Part shown: in pieces, positions 8,512-17,847 of the stretch
Layout of the letters: each line of letters opens with the position of its first letter
How positions within the stretch are numbered: the stretch's first letter is position 1
Assembly (NCBI GenBank): GCA_036528635.1
Contig: JAIGNE010000043.1
Span: forward strand, 166,622 to 230,621
From: Deltaproteobacteria bacterium
GTDB taxonomy: Bacteria > Desulfobacterota > Syntrophia > Syntrophales > Smithellaceae
Reading direction: 5' to 3'
DNA: 64,000 nucleotides
Notes under the pieces: model-generated
Told to the model about the DNA's origin: nothing
Database searches by the model: none
The model's input: the letters and a program-made list of their open reading frames with translations, nothing else
Position numbers and translations under genes: made by a program

Positions 8512-9954
8512 ATGGAATTGATTTTTGAAATAAGCAAACCCGGACGCTCGGCCGCGGATGTTTCCGCAAGCGACGTCCCCGCCGTAAATTTAAATGACGC
8601 GATCGGCGCCGCTTATCTGCGCGATGATCTGGATCTGCCGGAGGTGGCGGAAATCGATCTGGTGCGTCATTACACCAATTTATCGCGCCGCAACTTCGGC
8701 GTTGATCTCGGCTTTTATCCGCTGGGGTCCTGCACCATGAAGTATAATCCCAAAGTCAACGAAAGTGTGGCGGGATTGGCCGAATTTACCGGTCTGCATC
8801 CTTATGCCCCGGACGACTTTGCAAAGGGCAATCTGGATCTGATGTACGATATGCAGAAACTGTTGAGCAATATTTTCGGTATGGCCGAATTTACGCTTCA
8901 GCCGGCGGCCGGCGCCCACGGCGAACTCACCGGCGTGATGATGATCAAGAAATATTTCGAAGTCAAAGGCGAGAAGCGCAGCATCATTCTGATACCCGAC
9001 GCGGCGCACGGAACCAACCCGGCATCCGGCGCGCTGTGCGGTTTTGACACGGTGACGCTCAGGTCCAACACGGAAGGCGGCGTCGATCTTCAGCACCTGG
9101 AATCACTGATGACCGGGGACGTTGCCGCGTTGATGCTCACCAATCCCAACACGCTGGGCCTCTTTGAACGCAATATCGAACAAGTGGCGGCCATTGTCCA
9201 CAGCAAGGGCGGCCTGCTCTATGGCGACGGCGCGAATGCCAACGCATTCCTGGGGAAGACAAGGCCCGGTGATCTGGGCTTCGACGTGATTCAGCTCAAT
9301 TTACATAAGACATTTTCCACGCCGCATGGCGGCGGCGGCCCCGGCAGCGGCCCCGTGGGCGTCGGCGCCAAACTGGCCGATTATCTTCCGGTGCCCCGGA
9401 TCATAAAAAAGGATCAGGAGTATCGCTGGTCCGGAAATTTCCCCGACAGCATCGGCCGCGTGCGCGCCTTCTATGGAAATTTCAATGTCATTGTCAAAGC
9501 CTATGCGTACATTCGGTCCCTGGGCGCGGAGGGGCTCGCTCGCGCCACGGAAATGGCCGTGCTCAACGCCAATTACATCAAAGAAAAATTAAAGCCTTAT
9601 TTTGATCTGCCCTACGACCGCATCTGCATGCATGAGTGCGTCTTTTCCGGGAACCGGCAAGTCGCCGAAAGCGGCGTGCATACTTCAGACATCGCAAAGA
9701 GGCTCATTGATTTCGGCTATCATCCGCCGACCATTTATTTCCCGCTGATTGTGCCGGAAGCCATCATGATTGAACCCACGGAAACGGAAAGCAAAGAGAC
9801 GCTGGACGCCTTCTGCGACGCCATGATGACCATCGCCCGTGAAGCAAAGGATAATCCCGGACGGGTGAAAGAAACGCCGCTTTCGACGCCGGTGAGCCGT
9901 CTTGATGAAGTGCTGGCCGCACGAAAGCCGGACGTGGCGTGGAAAAGGACCTAA
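8512..9954 (+). CDS. gcvPB: glycine dehydrogenase (decarboxylating) subunit 2
   Basis: PLP-dependent C-terminal half of P protein. The ATG at 8512 (MELIFEISKPGRS) is preceded by agagagg. The track ORF begins at an upstream TTG. Confidence 0.95.
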   Translation: MELIFEISKPGRSAADVSASDVPAVNLNDAIGAAYLRDDLDLPEVAEIDLVRHYTNLSRRNFGVDLGFYPLGSCTMKYNPKVNESVAGLAEFTGLHPYAPDDFAKGNLDLMYDMQKLLSNIFGMAEFTLQPAAGAHGELTGVMMIKKYFEVKGEKRSIILIPDAAHGTNPASGALCGFDTVTLRSNTEGGVDLQHLESLMTGDVAALMLTNPNTLGLFERNIEQVAAIVHSKGGLLYGDGANANAFLGKTRPGDLGFDVIQLNLHKTFSTPHGGGGPGSGPVGVGAKLADYLPVPRIIKKDQEYRWSGNFPDSIGRVRAFYGNFNVIVKAYAYIRSLGAEGLARATEMAVLNANYIKEKLKPYFDLPYDRICMHECVFSGNRQVAESGVHTSDIAKRLIDFGYHPPTIYFPLIVPEAIMIEPTETESKETLDAFCDAMMTIAREAKDNPGRVKETPLSTPVSRLDEVLAARKPDVAWKRT

Positions 9955-9957
9955 GCT

Positions 9958-9985
9958 GTAGGGAACGGTCGCGACCGTTCCCTAC
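9958..9985. repeat. REP-like perfect 28-nt palindrome (family GTAGGGAAC-nGTCGnGAC-GTTCCCTAC)
   Basis: GTAGGGAACGGTCG|CGACCGTTCCCTAC is a perfect inverted repeat starting 3 nt after the gcvPB stop. Related copies are at 34838-34884 and 44269-44296. Confidence 0.7.
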
Positions 9986-10005
9986 CCGTGCATGTGTTTG
10001 CTCCT

Positions 10006-10872
10006 ATGACGAACCATCAATCCAAACAACAGCTCCTGCGCAAGCCGCCCTGGCTCAAAGTGCGCCCGCCCTGGGCCGGTGAATGCCGCAGTATTCGATC
10101 CACAGTTGCCGGTCTGGGTCTCCATACCGTGTGCCAGGAGGCAGCCTGCCCCAATATGGCCGAATGCTTTCAAAGCGGCACCGCCGCGTTTTTAATTCTC
10201 GGCAATGTCTGCACGAGGGGCTGCCTTTACTGCAATGTCGCGCATGGCATCCCCGAACAGGTCGATGAAAAGGAAATTGACCATCTGATTGCCGCCGTGC
10301 AACGGCTGAAACTGAATTATGTCGTGGTCACATCCGTCACGCGCGACGATCTGCGAGACGGCGGCGCCCGGGTCTTTGCCGATTGCATCGCCGGACTGCG
10401 CCAAAGCGTGCCTGCCTGCAGGATCGAAGTTCTAATTCCCGATTTCCGGGGCAATCCCCGGAGTCTGGAAAAAGTGACCGCCGCAAATCCCGATGTCATC
10501 AATCACAACATGGAAGTACCGGAAACATTGTTCGGTAAACTCCGTCCGCAGGGCGATTATCGTCTTTCCCTGGATCTGCTTTCCCGTCTTGCGGCAACGC
10601 CGGTTATTTCCAAAAGCGGCTTTATGGTGGGCTTCGGTGAACATAAAGATGACATCCTGCGGCTGATGGATGACCTCGCCTCCGTTAACTGCGCGCGCCT
10701 GACGATAGGACAGTATCAGCAGCCGACGCGGAGACACTGGCCGGTGGCGAAATATTATCACCCCGATGAATTTTCCGAATTCAGGGAAATTGCCTGTTCC
10801 AGGGGCTTCCAATACGTGGAATCGGGACCCCTGGTCCGCAGTTCCTATCACGCGGCGCAGGCGGTTCCATGA
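10006..10872 (+). CDS. lipA: lipoyl synthase
   Basis: CPNMAECF and CTRGCLYCNV cysteine motifs (auxiliary and radical-SAM clusters). N-terminus KPPWLKVRPP. Start assigned to the ATG at 10006; the track ORF begins at a GTG at 9988. Confidence 0.9.
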   Translation: MTNHQSKQQLLRKPPWLKVRPPWAGECRSIRSTVAGLGLHTVCQEAACPNMAECFQSGTAAFLILGNVCTRGCLYCNVAHGIPEQVDEKEIDHLIAAVQRLKLNYVVVTSVTRDDLRDGGARVFADCIAGLRQSVPACRIEVLIPDFRGNPRSLEKVTAANPDVINHNMEVPETLFGKLRPQGDYRLSLDLLSRLAATPVISKSGFMVGFGEHKDDILRLMDDLASVNCARLTIGQYQQPTRRHWPVAKYYHPDEFSEFREIACSRGFQYVESGPLVRSSYHAAQAVP

Positions 10873-11042
10873 ACCGGGACTGCATTTTTTTGAAATGATT
10901 GCAATCCTCCTCCATTTGCCCTAATGTTGAAACGTACAGCGGGCAATTCCTATGCAGGAACTGCGATGTACTCTGGCAATTGCCGGTCATAACGGCTATG
11001 ATGTCCTGTCGAATACCCCATTATTGAGGGAGGTGCTGATTC

Positions 11043-12272
11043 ATGAGCTGCAAAAGACGTCTTCCCCGGACGGCTAATCGTATAGCCGTTATGCTATGCC
11101 TTATTTCTCTCCTCTCAACCCTTCTTGCGGCGTGCGGTGACTCTAAGAAGGCGGCGCCCCCGCGCGGCCCCATTCCGGTTTCGATCGCGACGGTGACACC
11201 GCGTGATGTTCCCATCGATATTGAGTTCGTCGGCACGACGGAAAGCTCCCATCAGGTGGAAATCCGCTCCCGCGTCGAGGGCTTCCTGGAAAAGATAACC
11301 TATGAAGAGGGGGGACGGGTTCAGGCCGGTCAAACCATGTTCCAGATCGATCGCCGCCCGTTTGAGGCTGCCCTCCAGCAGGCCAGAGGCGCACTGGCCC
11401 AGCAGGAAGCCAAGCTCATCAATGCCGAAGCCACGCTCAAGCGCGTCCGTCCGCTCGCAGAGAAAAACGCCGTCAGCCTCAAAGACCTGGACGACGCCAT
11501 CAGCCAGGAAAAAAGCGCCCGGGCCGCCGTCTTTTCCGCCCAGGGAAGCGTCCAGGACGCGGAGTTGAAGCTCAGCTACACCCGGATCGCATCCCCCGTT
11601 GACGGATTGGCCGGACGCACGAAAAAGCAGGAGGGAAGCTACATTTCCTCAGGCCAGGACGGCCTGCTCACCTATGTGGCCAAAATCAATCCGATCTGGG
11701 TCGATTTCAGTATCTCCGAAAACGAAAATCTCCGGCTTAATGACCGGTTAGCCAAGGGACTCTTTATCATGCCGAAGGGCCAGTCCTTCGAAGTGGAAGT
11801 CAACATGGCGGACGGGTCGGTCTTCCCTTACAAGGGCCGGCTCAACTTTGCTGATCCCTCCTTCAGCTCCGAAACGGGCACCTATCAGGTTCGGGCTGAG
11901 ATTCCCAACCCCATCCGTTCGGCGAAGGTTCTCCGGCCCGGCCAGTTCGTGCGCGTGCACCTGAAAGGGGGCATCCGCCCCAACGGCATCCTGGTTCCCA
12001 GGACTGCCGTCAGCCAGGGAGCCCAGGGGTTCTTCGTCTGGATCGCAGGACAAGACGGGAAAGCGGAATTCCGCGCCGTTGAGGTCGGCGACTGGCAGGG
12101 GAATGATGTCTTCATCGACAGCGGACTTGCCGCCGGGGACCGCGTCATTCTGGACAATCTGCTCAAAATGTCGCCCGGCGCGCCCGTAAAGATTCCCGAA
12201 GCATCCGCGGCTCCCAAAGAAGCCTTGACCGGGCAGAAACAGCGATCGCCGGCGTCACCGGCGAAGAAGTAA
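11043..12272 (+). CDS. RND efflux periplasmic adaptor (membrane fusion protein), lipoprotein
   Basis: Lipobox LLAACG. Coiled-coil and beta-barrel MFP architecture. Immediately upstream of the RND pump. Confidence 0.85.
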   Translation: MSCKRRLPRTANRIAVMLCLISLLSTLLAACGDSKKAAPPRGPIPVSIATVTPRDVPIDIEFVGTTESSHQVEIRSRVEGFLEKITYEEGGRVQAGQTMFQIDRRPFEAALQQARGALAQQEAKLINAEATLKRVRPLAEKNAVSLKDLDDAISQEKSARAAVFSAQGSVQDAELKLSYTRIASPVDGLAGRTKKQEGSYISSGQDGLLTYVAKINPIWVDFSISENENLRLNDRLAKGLFIMPKGQSFEVEVNMADGSVFPYKGRLNFADPSFSSETGTYQVRAEIPNPIRSAKVLRPGQFVRVHLKGGIRPNGILVPRTAVSQGAQGFFVWIAGQDGKAEFRAVEVGDWQGNDVFIDSGLAAGDRVILDNLLKMSPGAPVKIPEASAAPKEALTGQKQRSPASPAKK

Positions 12273-12285
12273 ACGGAGGCGACTG

Positions 12286-15200
12286 ATGCTCTCCCATTTT
12301 TTCATCGACCGTCCGATTTTTGCATGCGTCATTTCCATCGTCATCGTCATCGCCGGGCTTACGGCCATGAAAAATCTACCGATCGCCCAGTACCCGGCCA
12401 TCACGCCTCCCGTTGTCACCGTTTCCGCGGTTTATCCGGGCGCCAGCGCCGACATCATCTCTCAGAACATTGCCGCCCCCATCGAGCTGCAGGTCAACGG
12501 GGCCGACGACATGATCTACATGGCTTCCAGCAGTTCCAGCACGGGCATGATGAACCTGAGCGTCTTTTTCAACATCGGTACCAACCCGGATCTGGCCCAG
12601 GTGGATGTCCAGAACCGCGTCAACAAAGCCCTGCCTCAACTCCCCCAGTCGGTCCAGCAGCAGGGCGTCCAGGTCAGCAAGAAATCAAGCAACTTCCTCA
12701 TGATCATCGGCATTTACTCGCCCAACGACCGCTATGACGACCGTTATGTCGCCAACTATGCCAATCTCTATGTCCTCGATGCCATCAAACGCATCCCCGG
12801 GGCCAGTGAGGCGGCCATCCTGGGCTCGCCCGACTACGCCATGCGCATCTGGCTGAAACCCGACCGGCTGATCGGGCTCGGCATCACCGCCTCTGATGTT
12901 GCCAATGCCATTAAAAATCAGAACCAGCAGTTTGCCGTGGGCACGATCGGTCAGGCGCCGACGAAAGGCCGCGTGGAGCAGACCTTCTCCGTCACGACCA
13001 GGGGGCGTCTGCTCGACCCTTCCGAATTCGAGAACATCATCCTCAGGACAAACAAGGAAGGCACCGCGATTGTCCGTCTGAAAGATGTGGCCCGGGCGGA
13101 ACTGGGCTCCAAGGACTACGGACTGCGCGCCCGCCTGAACGGAAAGCCGGCAACGGCCATCGCCGTTTTCCAGCAGGCGGGCGCCAATGCCCTCGACGTC
13201 TCGGATCAGGTGAAAAAGACTCTGCAGGAGCTGCAAACAGGCTTTCCCGACGGGATTGATTACCGGATCGCCATGGACACGACAAAATTTGTCCGGGCTT
13301 CCATCAAGGAAGTCATCATCACGTTCTTCGAGGCCTGTCTCCTGGTCATCCTCGTGGTCTTTTTATTCCTCCAGAGTGTCCGGGCCACGGTCATACCCAT
13401 CCTGGCCATCCCCGTCTCCATTATCGGAACTTTCACCGGGATGACCCTGTTCGGCTTTTCCATCAATATGCTGACGCTCTTCGGCATGATTCTCGCCATC
13501 GGCATTGTCGTGGACGATGCCATTGTCGTCATCGAAAATGTGGAACGCAACATGACGGAATTCAACCTGCCTCCCCGGGAGGCCGCCCGGAAAGCCATGG
13601 AGGAAGTGACCGGGCCTATCGTCGCCATCGTCCTGGTGCTGTGCGCCGTTTTTGTTCCGGTCGCTTTTTTAGGCGGCATCACCGGACAGCTCTATAAACA
13701 GTTTGCCATTACCATCGCCATTTCCGTCATCTTTTCCGGGATTGTCGCCCTGACCCTCTCGCCCGCCCTGGCGGCTCTGCTCCTCAAGCCCCGGCACGGG
13801 AAGAAAAACTGGTTCTTCCGGCAGTTTGACGCGAAGTTTGCCGGCCTGACCAATGGCTATTCCCGGGGTGTCCGGCTCCTGATCAAGCGCGCCGTCGTGG
13901 CCCTGTGTGTCTTCGCCGTCCTGATTATCTGCACGATCGGTCTGTTTAAGCACATCCCCGGCAGTTTCGTTCCCCCGGAAGACCAGGGCTATGTCATCGG
14001 CGTCACCTTCATGCCCGACGCGGCCAGTCTGGATCGAACCCAGGATTTGAATCAAAAGGCGAGAGCGATTTTTGCCGGACATCCGGCCGTCGAAAACACC
14101 CTGGAAGTGGACGGCTTCAGCTTCCTGGACGGTCAGTTGAAAACCAATGCGGGGGCTATCTTCATTGCCCTGAAGGATTACGAGGAGCGCAAATCAAAAG
14201 CCCTCCAGGCGCCGGCGGTTATCGCCGAAACATCGGCGGCCTGCCTGGGCCTCAGGGAGGGCATCGTCAAACCCGTCAATCCCCCGTCCATTCCCGGGCT
14301 GGGTACCACCGCCGGATTTGAATTCTGGATCCAGAACCGCGGCTCCGGCGACATCACCAAACTGGATGCCGTCACGAAGGACTTTATTGCCCGGGCGAAA
14401 AAGCAGCGGGAGCTGCAGGGCGTCGCGACGATGCTGAATGCCCATTCCCAGCAGCTCATGGTGGATGTGGACCGGGAAAAATCCGAGAATCTGGGTGTCC
14501 CCGTGGAAGACGTTTACAACACACTTCAGATCCTCTTTGGTTCTTCTTATGTCAGCCAATTCACGAAATTCAGCCGCCTCTGGCAGGTGATCCTCCAGGC
14601 GGAGCCGGAGTATCGTTCCCGCCCCAGCGATCTGGACCAGATCTACGTCCGGTCCAGAGGCGGCAACATGGTCCCGCTCAAAGCCCTGATTACGAAAAAA
14701 TATGTGACCGGTCCGGATATTGTCGCCCGGTTCAATAATTTCCCCGCCGCCAAAGTTATCGGCGGCGCCGCCCCCGGCTTCAGCTCCGGGGAAGCGATTG
14801 CCGCCATGGAAAAAGTCGCCAAGGAAGTCCTCCCCGATGATTTTTCCTATGCCTGGAGCGGGGAATCTTTCGAAGAGAAGAAATCGGGCGGAACGTCGGC
14901 GGTCGTCTTCATCTTCGGACTGATCATGGTTTTCCTCATTCTGGCCGCCCAGTATGAAAAGTGGTCGCTGCCGCTCGGCGTCCTTCTGGCCGTCCCCTTT
15001 GCCGTCTTCGGCGCGCTGGTCGCCATCTGGCTGCGCGGCCAGGAAAACGACATTTATTTCCAGATCGGCCTCATCACCCTGATTGCTCTGGCCGCGAAGA
15101 ACGCCATCCTCATCGTCGAGTTTGCCGTTCTGAAGCGCCGGGAGGGATTGAGCGCCTTCGACGCGGCCGTCCAGGCATCGACCCTGCGTCTGCGGCCCAT

Positions 15201-15468
15201 TGTCATGACCTCGCTCGCCTTCATTCTCGGCTGCGTCCCCCTGGCGCTGGCCAGCGGCGCTTCGGCCAACAGCCGCCACTCCATCGGGACGGGCGTTATC
15301 GGCGGGATGCTGGGCGCGACATTGATCGCCATCTTTTTCATTCCCCTGTTCTATTTCCTTTTGGAAAAACTCACAGAGCGCATCAGGGGATCGGGCGGCA
15401 AAACGCCGCCGGACGGCGAGCCGCCGACGGCATCAGCCGAGAATAAGCCGGACAAGGAGGAGATGTAA
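12286..15468 (+). CDS. RND multidrug efflux permease (AcrB/HAE1 family)
   Basis: 1060 aa. N-terminus MLSHFFIDRPIFACVISIVIVIAG is typical of AcrB. 12-TM architecture. Confidence 0.95.
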   Translation: MLSHFFIDRPIFACVISIVIVIAGLTAMKNLPIAQYPAITPPVVTVSAVYPGASADIISQNIAAPIELQVNGADDMIYMASSSSSTGMMNLSVFFNIGTNPDLAQVDVQNRVNKALPQLPQSVQQQGVQVSKKSSNFLMIIGIYSPNDRYDDRYVANYANLYVLDAIKRIPGASEAAILGSPDYAMRIWLKPDRLIGLGITASDVANAIKNQNQQFAVGTIGQAPTKGRVEQTFSVTTRGRLLDPSEFENIILRTNKEGTAIVRLKDVARAELGSKDYGLRARLNGKPATAIAVFQQAGANALDVSDQVKKTLQELQTGFPDGIDYRIAMDTTKFVRASIKEVIITFFEACLLVILVVFLFLQSVRATVIPILAIPVSIIGTFTGMTLFGFSINMLTLFGMILAIGIVVDDAIVVIENVERNMTEFNLPPREAARKAMEEVTGPIVAIVLVLCAVFVPVAFLGGITGQLYKQFAITIAISVIFSGIVALTLSPALAALLLKPRHGKKNWFFRQFDAKFAGLTNGYSRGVRLLIKRAVVALCVFAVLIICTIGLFKHIPGSFVPPEDQGYVIGVTFMPDAASLDRTQDLNQKARAIFAGHPAVENTLEVDGFSFLDGQLKTNAGAIFIALKDYEERKSKALQAPAVIAETSAACLGLREGIVKPVNPPSIPGLGTTAGFEFWIQNRGSGDITKLDAVTKDFIARAKKQRELQGVATMLNAHSQQLMVDVDREKSENLGVPVEDVYNTLQILFGSSYVSQFTKFSRLWQVILQAEPEYRSRPSDLDQIYVRSRGGNMVPLKALITKKYVTGPDIVARFNNFPAAKVIGGAAPGFSSGEAIAAMEKVAKEVLPDDFSYAWSGESFEEKKSGGTSAVVFIFGLIMVFLILAAQYEKWSLPLGVLLAVPFAVFGALVAIWLRGQENDIYFQIGLITLIALAAKNAILIVEFAVLKRREGLSAFDAAVQASTLRLRPIVMTSLAFILGCVPLALASGASANSRHSIGTGVIGGMLGATLIAIFFIPLFYFLLEKLTERIRGSGGKTPPDGEPPTASAENKPDKEEM

Positions 15469-15469
15469 C

Positions 15470-16906
15470 GTGATCAGAAAAATTTTCATTTTCCTCATCA
15501 CCCTCCTCCTTTTGACCGGCTGCACCGTCGGTCCCGACTACCGGCGTCCGGACATCCTCGCGCCCGCAAAATGGCGCATGGAGGACAAGGAAGTCCAGAC
15601 GCTGATCAATTTGAAATGGTGGGAACAGTTGGGAGATCCGGTCCTGAACGGACTGATGGAAACAGCCCTTCAGGAAAACAAAGACGTTCTTATCGCGGCG
15701 GCCCGGATCGAAGAATACAGCGGCCGCTATGTGGCCACCCGCGGCGACCTCTTCCCCAATTTTCAGGGAAGCGGATCGGCAGCAAAGCAGCGGGTTACGC
15801 AAACCGGGGCGACGCCGTGGCCCGACGGCCTGGACAATCCCTATACCAGTTATCAGGCTGTTTTCAATGCCAGCTGGGAAATTGATTTCTGGGGGAAACT
15901 GCGGAGGGGAACTGAAGCCGCCCGGGCGGATCTCCTGTCCCGGGAGTACGCCCATCGCGCCATCCTTCTGTCTCTCGCGGCATCGGTTGCGGGCGCCTAC
16001 ATCGACCTTTTGAGTTACGACCGCCAGCTCGCCATTGCCCGGGAAACGCTCAAAACCCGCGAGGACTCCCTGGAAATCTACAAGCTGCGCTATGCCGCAG
16101 GCGTCATCTCCGAGCTGGAGTTGAGCCAGATCCGTTCCGAATACGAGAGCACGCGGGCGACGATTCCCCAGATCGAGAAGAGCATCGCTTTGCAGGAGCA
16201 TGCCCTGAGCCTGCTTTTAGGGCGTAATCCGGGTCCGGTTGTCCGGGGGATGACTATCGATCATTTAAAATTTCCCGCCGTTCCCGCGGGACTGCCATCC
16301 GATCTCCTGGAGCGGCGCCCCGACATCCGGCAGTCCGAGCAGGATCTGGTTTCAGCCAACGCCAAAATCGGCGTCGCCAAAGCAGCCTTCTTCCCCTCCG
16401 TATCGCTGACGGGGACGTTCGGGCAGGCCAGCGCCGGTCTCTCCGATCTGTTTACGGGACCGGCACAGATCTGGAACCTGGGCGCCAATGTCACGGTCCC
16501 CATTTTCACGGCGGGGCGCACCTGGGGCAAGGTGCAGGCATCCGAGGCGGCCCAGAAACAGGCCCTGCTGACCTACGTCAAGTCGATTCAGACAGCCTTC
16601 CGGGAAGTGGAGGATTCCCTGGTGACTCAGGACCGGACGAGGGTCCAGCTCGACGCCCTGTTCAACCAGTTGACCGCGCTGCGCAACTATCGGAATCTCG
16701 CCATCCTCCGTTATGAAAACGGCTACAGCAGCAACCTCGAAGTCCTCGATGCCGAGCGGAATCTTTTCAGTATTGAACTGAACTACATTCAGACGCGCGG
16801 TAATCTTTTTCACGCAATGATTGATCTCTACAAGGCCATGGGCGGAGGCTGGATAATGGATGCGGCCGGGACGCCTGCCCGGCAGGCAGCAGAGGAAAAG
16901 CAATAG
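15470..16906 (+). CDS. RND efflux outer membrane factor lipoprotein (NodT/OprM family)
   Basis: Lipobox LLTGCTVGPDY and the NodT-family signature. The start overlaps the pump stop. Confidence 0.9.
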   Translation: MIRKIFIFLITLLLLTGCTVGPDYRRPDILAPAKWRMEDKEVQTLINLKWWEQLGDPVLNGLMETALQENKDVLIAAARIEEYSGRYVATRGDLFPNFQGSGSAAKQRVTQTGATPWPDGLDNPYTSYQAVFNASWEIDFWGKLRRGTEAARADLLSREYAHRAILLSLAASVAGAYIDLLSYDRQLAIARETLKTREDSLEIYKLRYAAGVISELELSQIRSEYESTRATIPQIEKSIALQEHALSLLLGRNPGPVVRGMTIDHLKFPAVPAGLPSDLLERRPDIRQSEQDLVSANAKIGVAKAAFFPSVSLTGTFGQASAGLSDLFTGPAQIWNLGANVTVPIFTAGRTWGKVQASEAAQKQALLTYVKSIQTAFREVEDSLVTQDRTRVQLDALFNQLTALRNYRNLAILRYENGYSSNLEVLDAERNLFSIELNYIQTRGNLFHAMIDLYKAMGGGWIMDAAGTPARQAAEEKQ

Positions 16907-17083
16907 GCCCGGCTGAGGAAAAGCTGGCGGTATATACAAACCCCTTTGAAAAAGATTTAAAAAGAATCCGTAAACGCGGGTGTGAACATCTAAAATTGAT
17001 GCGGCGATATCGGACCATTGGGGACAACCGTTAGATTTTGAGTTTCCAGCAAATGTCTGCTGAATAAAATTGAATGATAATGG

Positions 17084-17111
17084 TTGACATTTGAAGGTTG
17101 TTATATATAAT
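17084..17111 (+). promoter_or_regulatory. sigma70-like promoter for the RHH-RelE/ParE operon
   Basis: TTGACA (17084-17089), a 16-nt spacer, then TATAAT (17106-17111). SD caggag lies 6 nt before the ATG at 17129. Confidence 0.4.
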
Positions 17112-17128
17112 TATTTCAGGAGTTGATT

Positions 17129-17371
17129 ATGCCGAAAACAATAACACTAAGAATTGACGAAGACGTTTATGGCCTGTTTAAAATAGCAGCCAGTGCTGAA
17201 AAACGCACTATCTCTAATTTTATCGAATATGCCACTTTGAATTATTTGACTGAAGAGAGCTATGTATCCGAAGCGGAAATGAAAGATATTCTCGCTGATC
17301 AGCAATTATTGCAATCACTGAAAAGCGCAAAAAAAGATATCAAAAAAGGGAAATATAAAATTGTCGCTTAA
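17129..17371 (+). CDS. ribbon-helix-helix (CopG/ParD-like) antitoxin
   Basis: 80-aa protein MPKTITLRIDEDVYGLFKIAASAEKRTISNFIEYATLNYL, a typical RHH antitoxin. Its 3' end overlaps the toxin gene. Confidence 0.6.
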   Translation: MPKTITLRIDEDVYGLFKIAASAEKRTISNFIEYATLNYLTEESYVSEAEMKDILADQQLLQSLKSAKKDIKKGKYKIVA

Positions 17372-17633
17372 TTTTAATATTGCTGAAACGGACACATTTT
17401 CCCGATCCATTACACAACCGGAATATAAAAAAGTATACGAAAAAATCAAAAATTATGTTTATCCGCAATTAAAATTAAACCCGTATTTTGGCAACAACAT
17501 CAAAAGATTAAAAGGTGAATGGAAGGATACCTACCGCTATCGGATCGGAGATTACAGATTATTTTATACGATAGATGCCGGTAAACTATTTGTCCTCATT
17601 CTGGATATTAAACGCCGTAACGATGCTTACTGA
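17361..17633 (+). CDS. RelE/ParE family type II toxin
   Basis: RYRIGDYRLFYTID..LFVLILDIKRRNDAY is a C-terminal RelE/ParE signature. About 90 aa. TTG start overlaps the antitoxin by 11 nt. Confidence 0.75.
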   Translation: MSLNFNIAETDTFSRSITQPEYKKVYEKIKNYVYPQLKLNPYFGNNIKRLKGEWKDTYRYRIGDYRLFYTIDAGKLFVLILDIKRRNDAY

Positions 17634-17847
17634 TGCCGCTTGATTAAACTGCCAGTGGTCAATTGAACATTCCCAATATACTCATATAAAAATGTGTCTG
17701 ACGTTTATTGCCCCTTCGTATCACGTGATGCGGTATCAGCGGGGCTGCTATTTCCGCCATCTTCCCTGTATAATAATCAGAAGATTCAACTGCCGATGCC
17801 AATCATTCAGTATCTTTCCTGGCGATTATGGGGGACCCGGGCGTTTT

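Noticed and set aside
17634-17847. Intrinsic terminator (GGGGGACCCGGGCGTTTTTT) between relE/parE and the 838-aa gene
   Set aside because: A T-run is present but the preceding stem is weak: CCCGGG self-complement with no loop. Left as uncertain rather than called.
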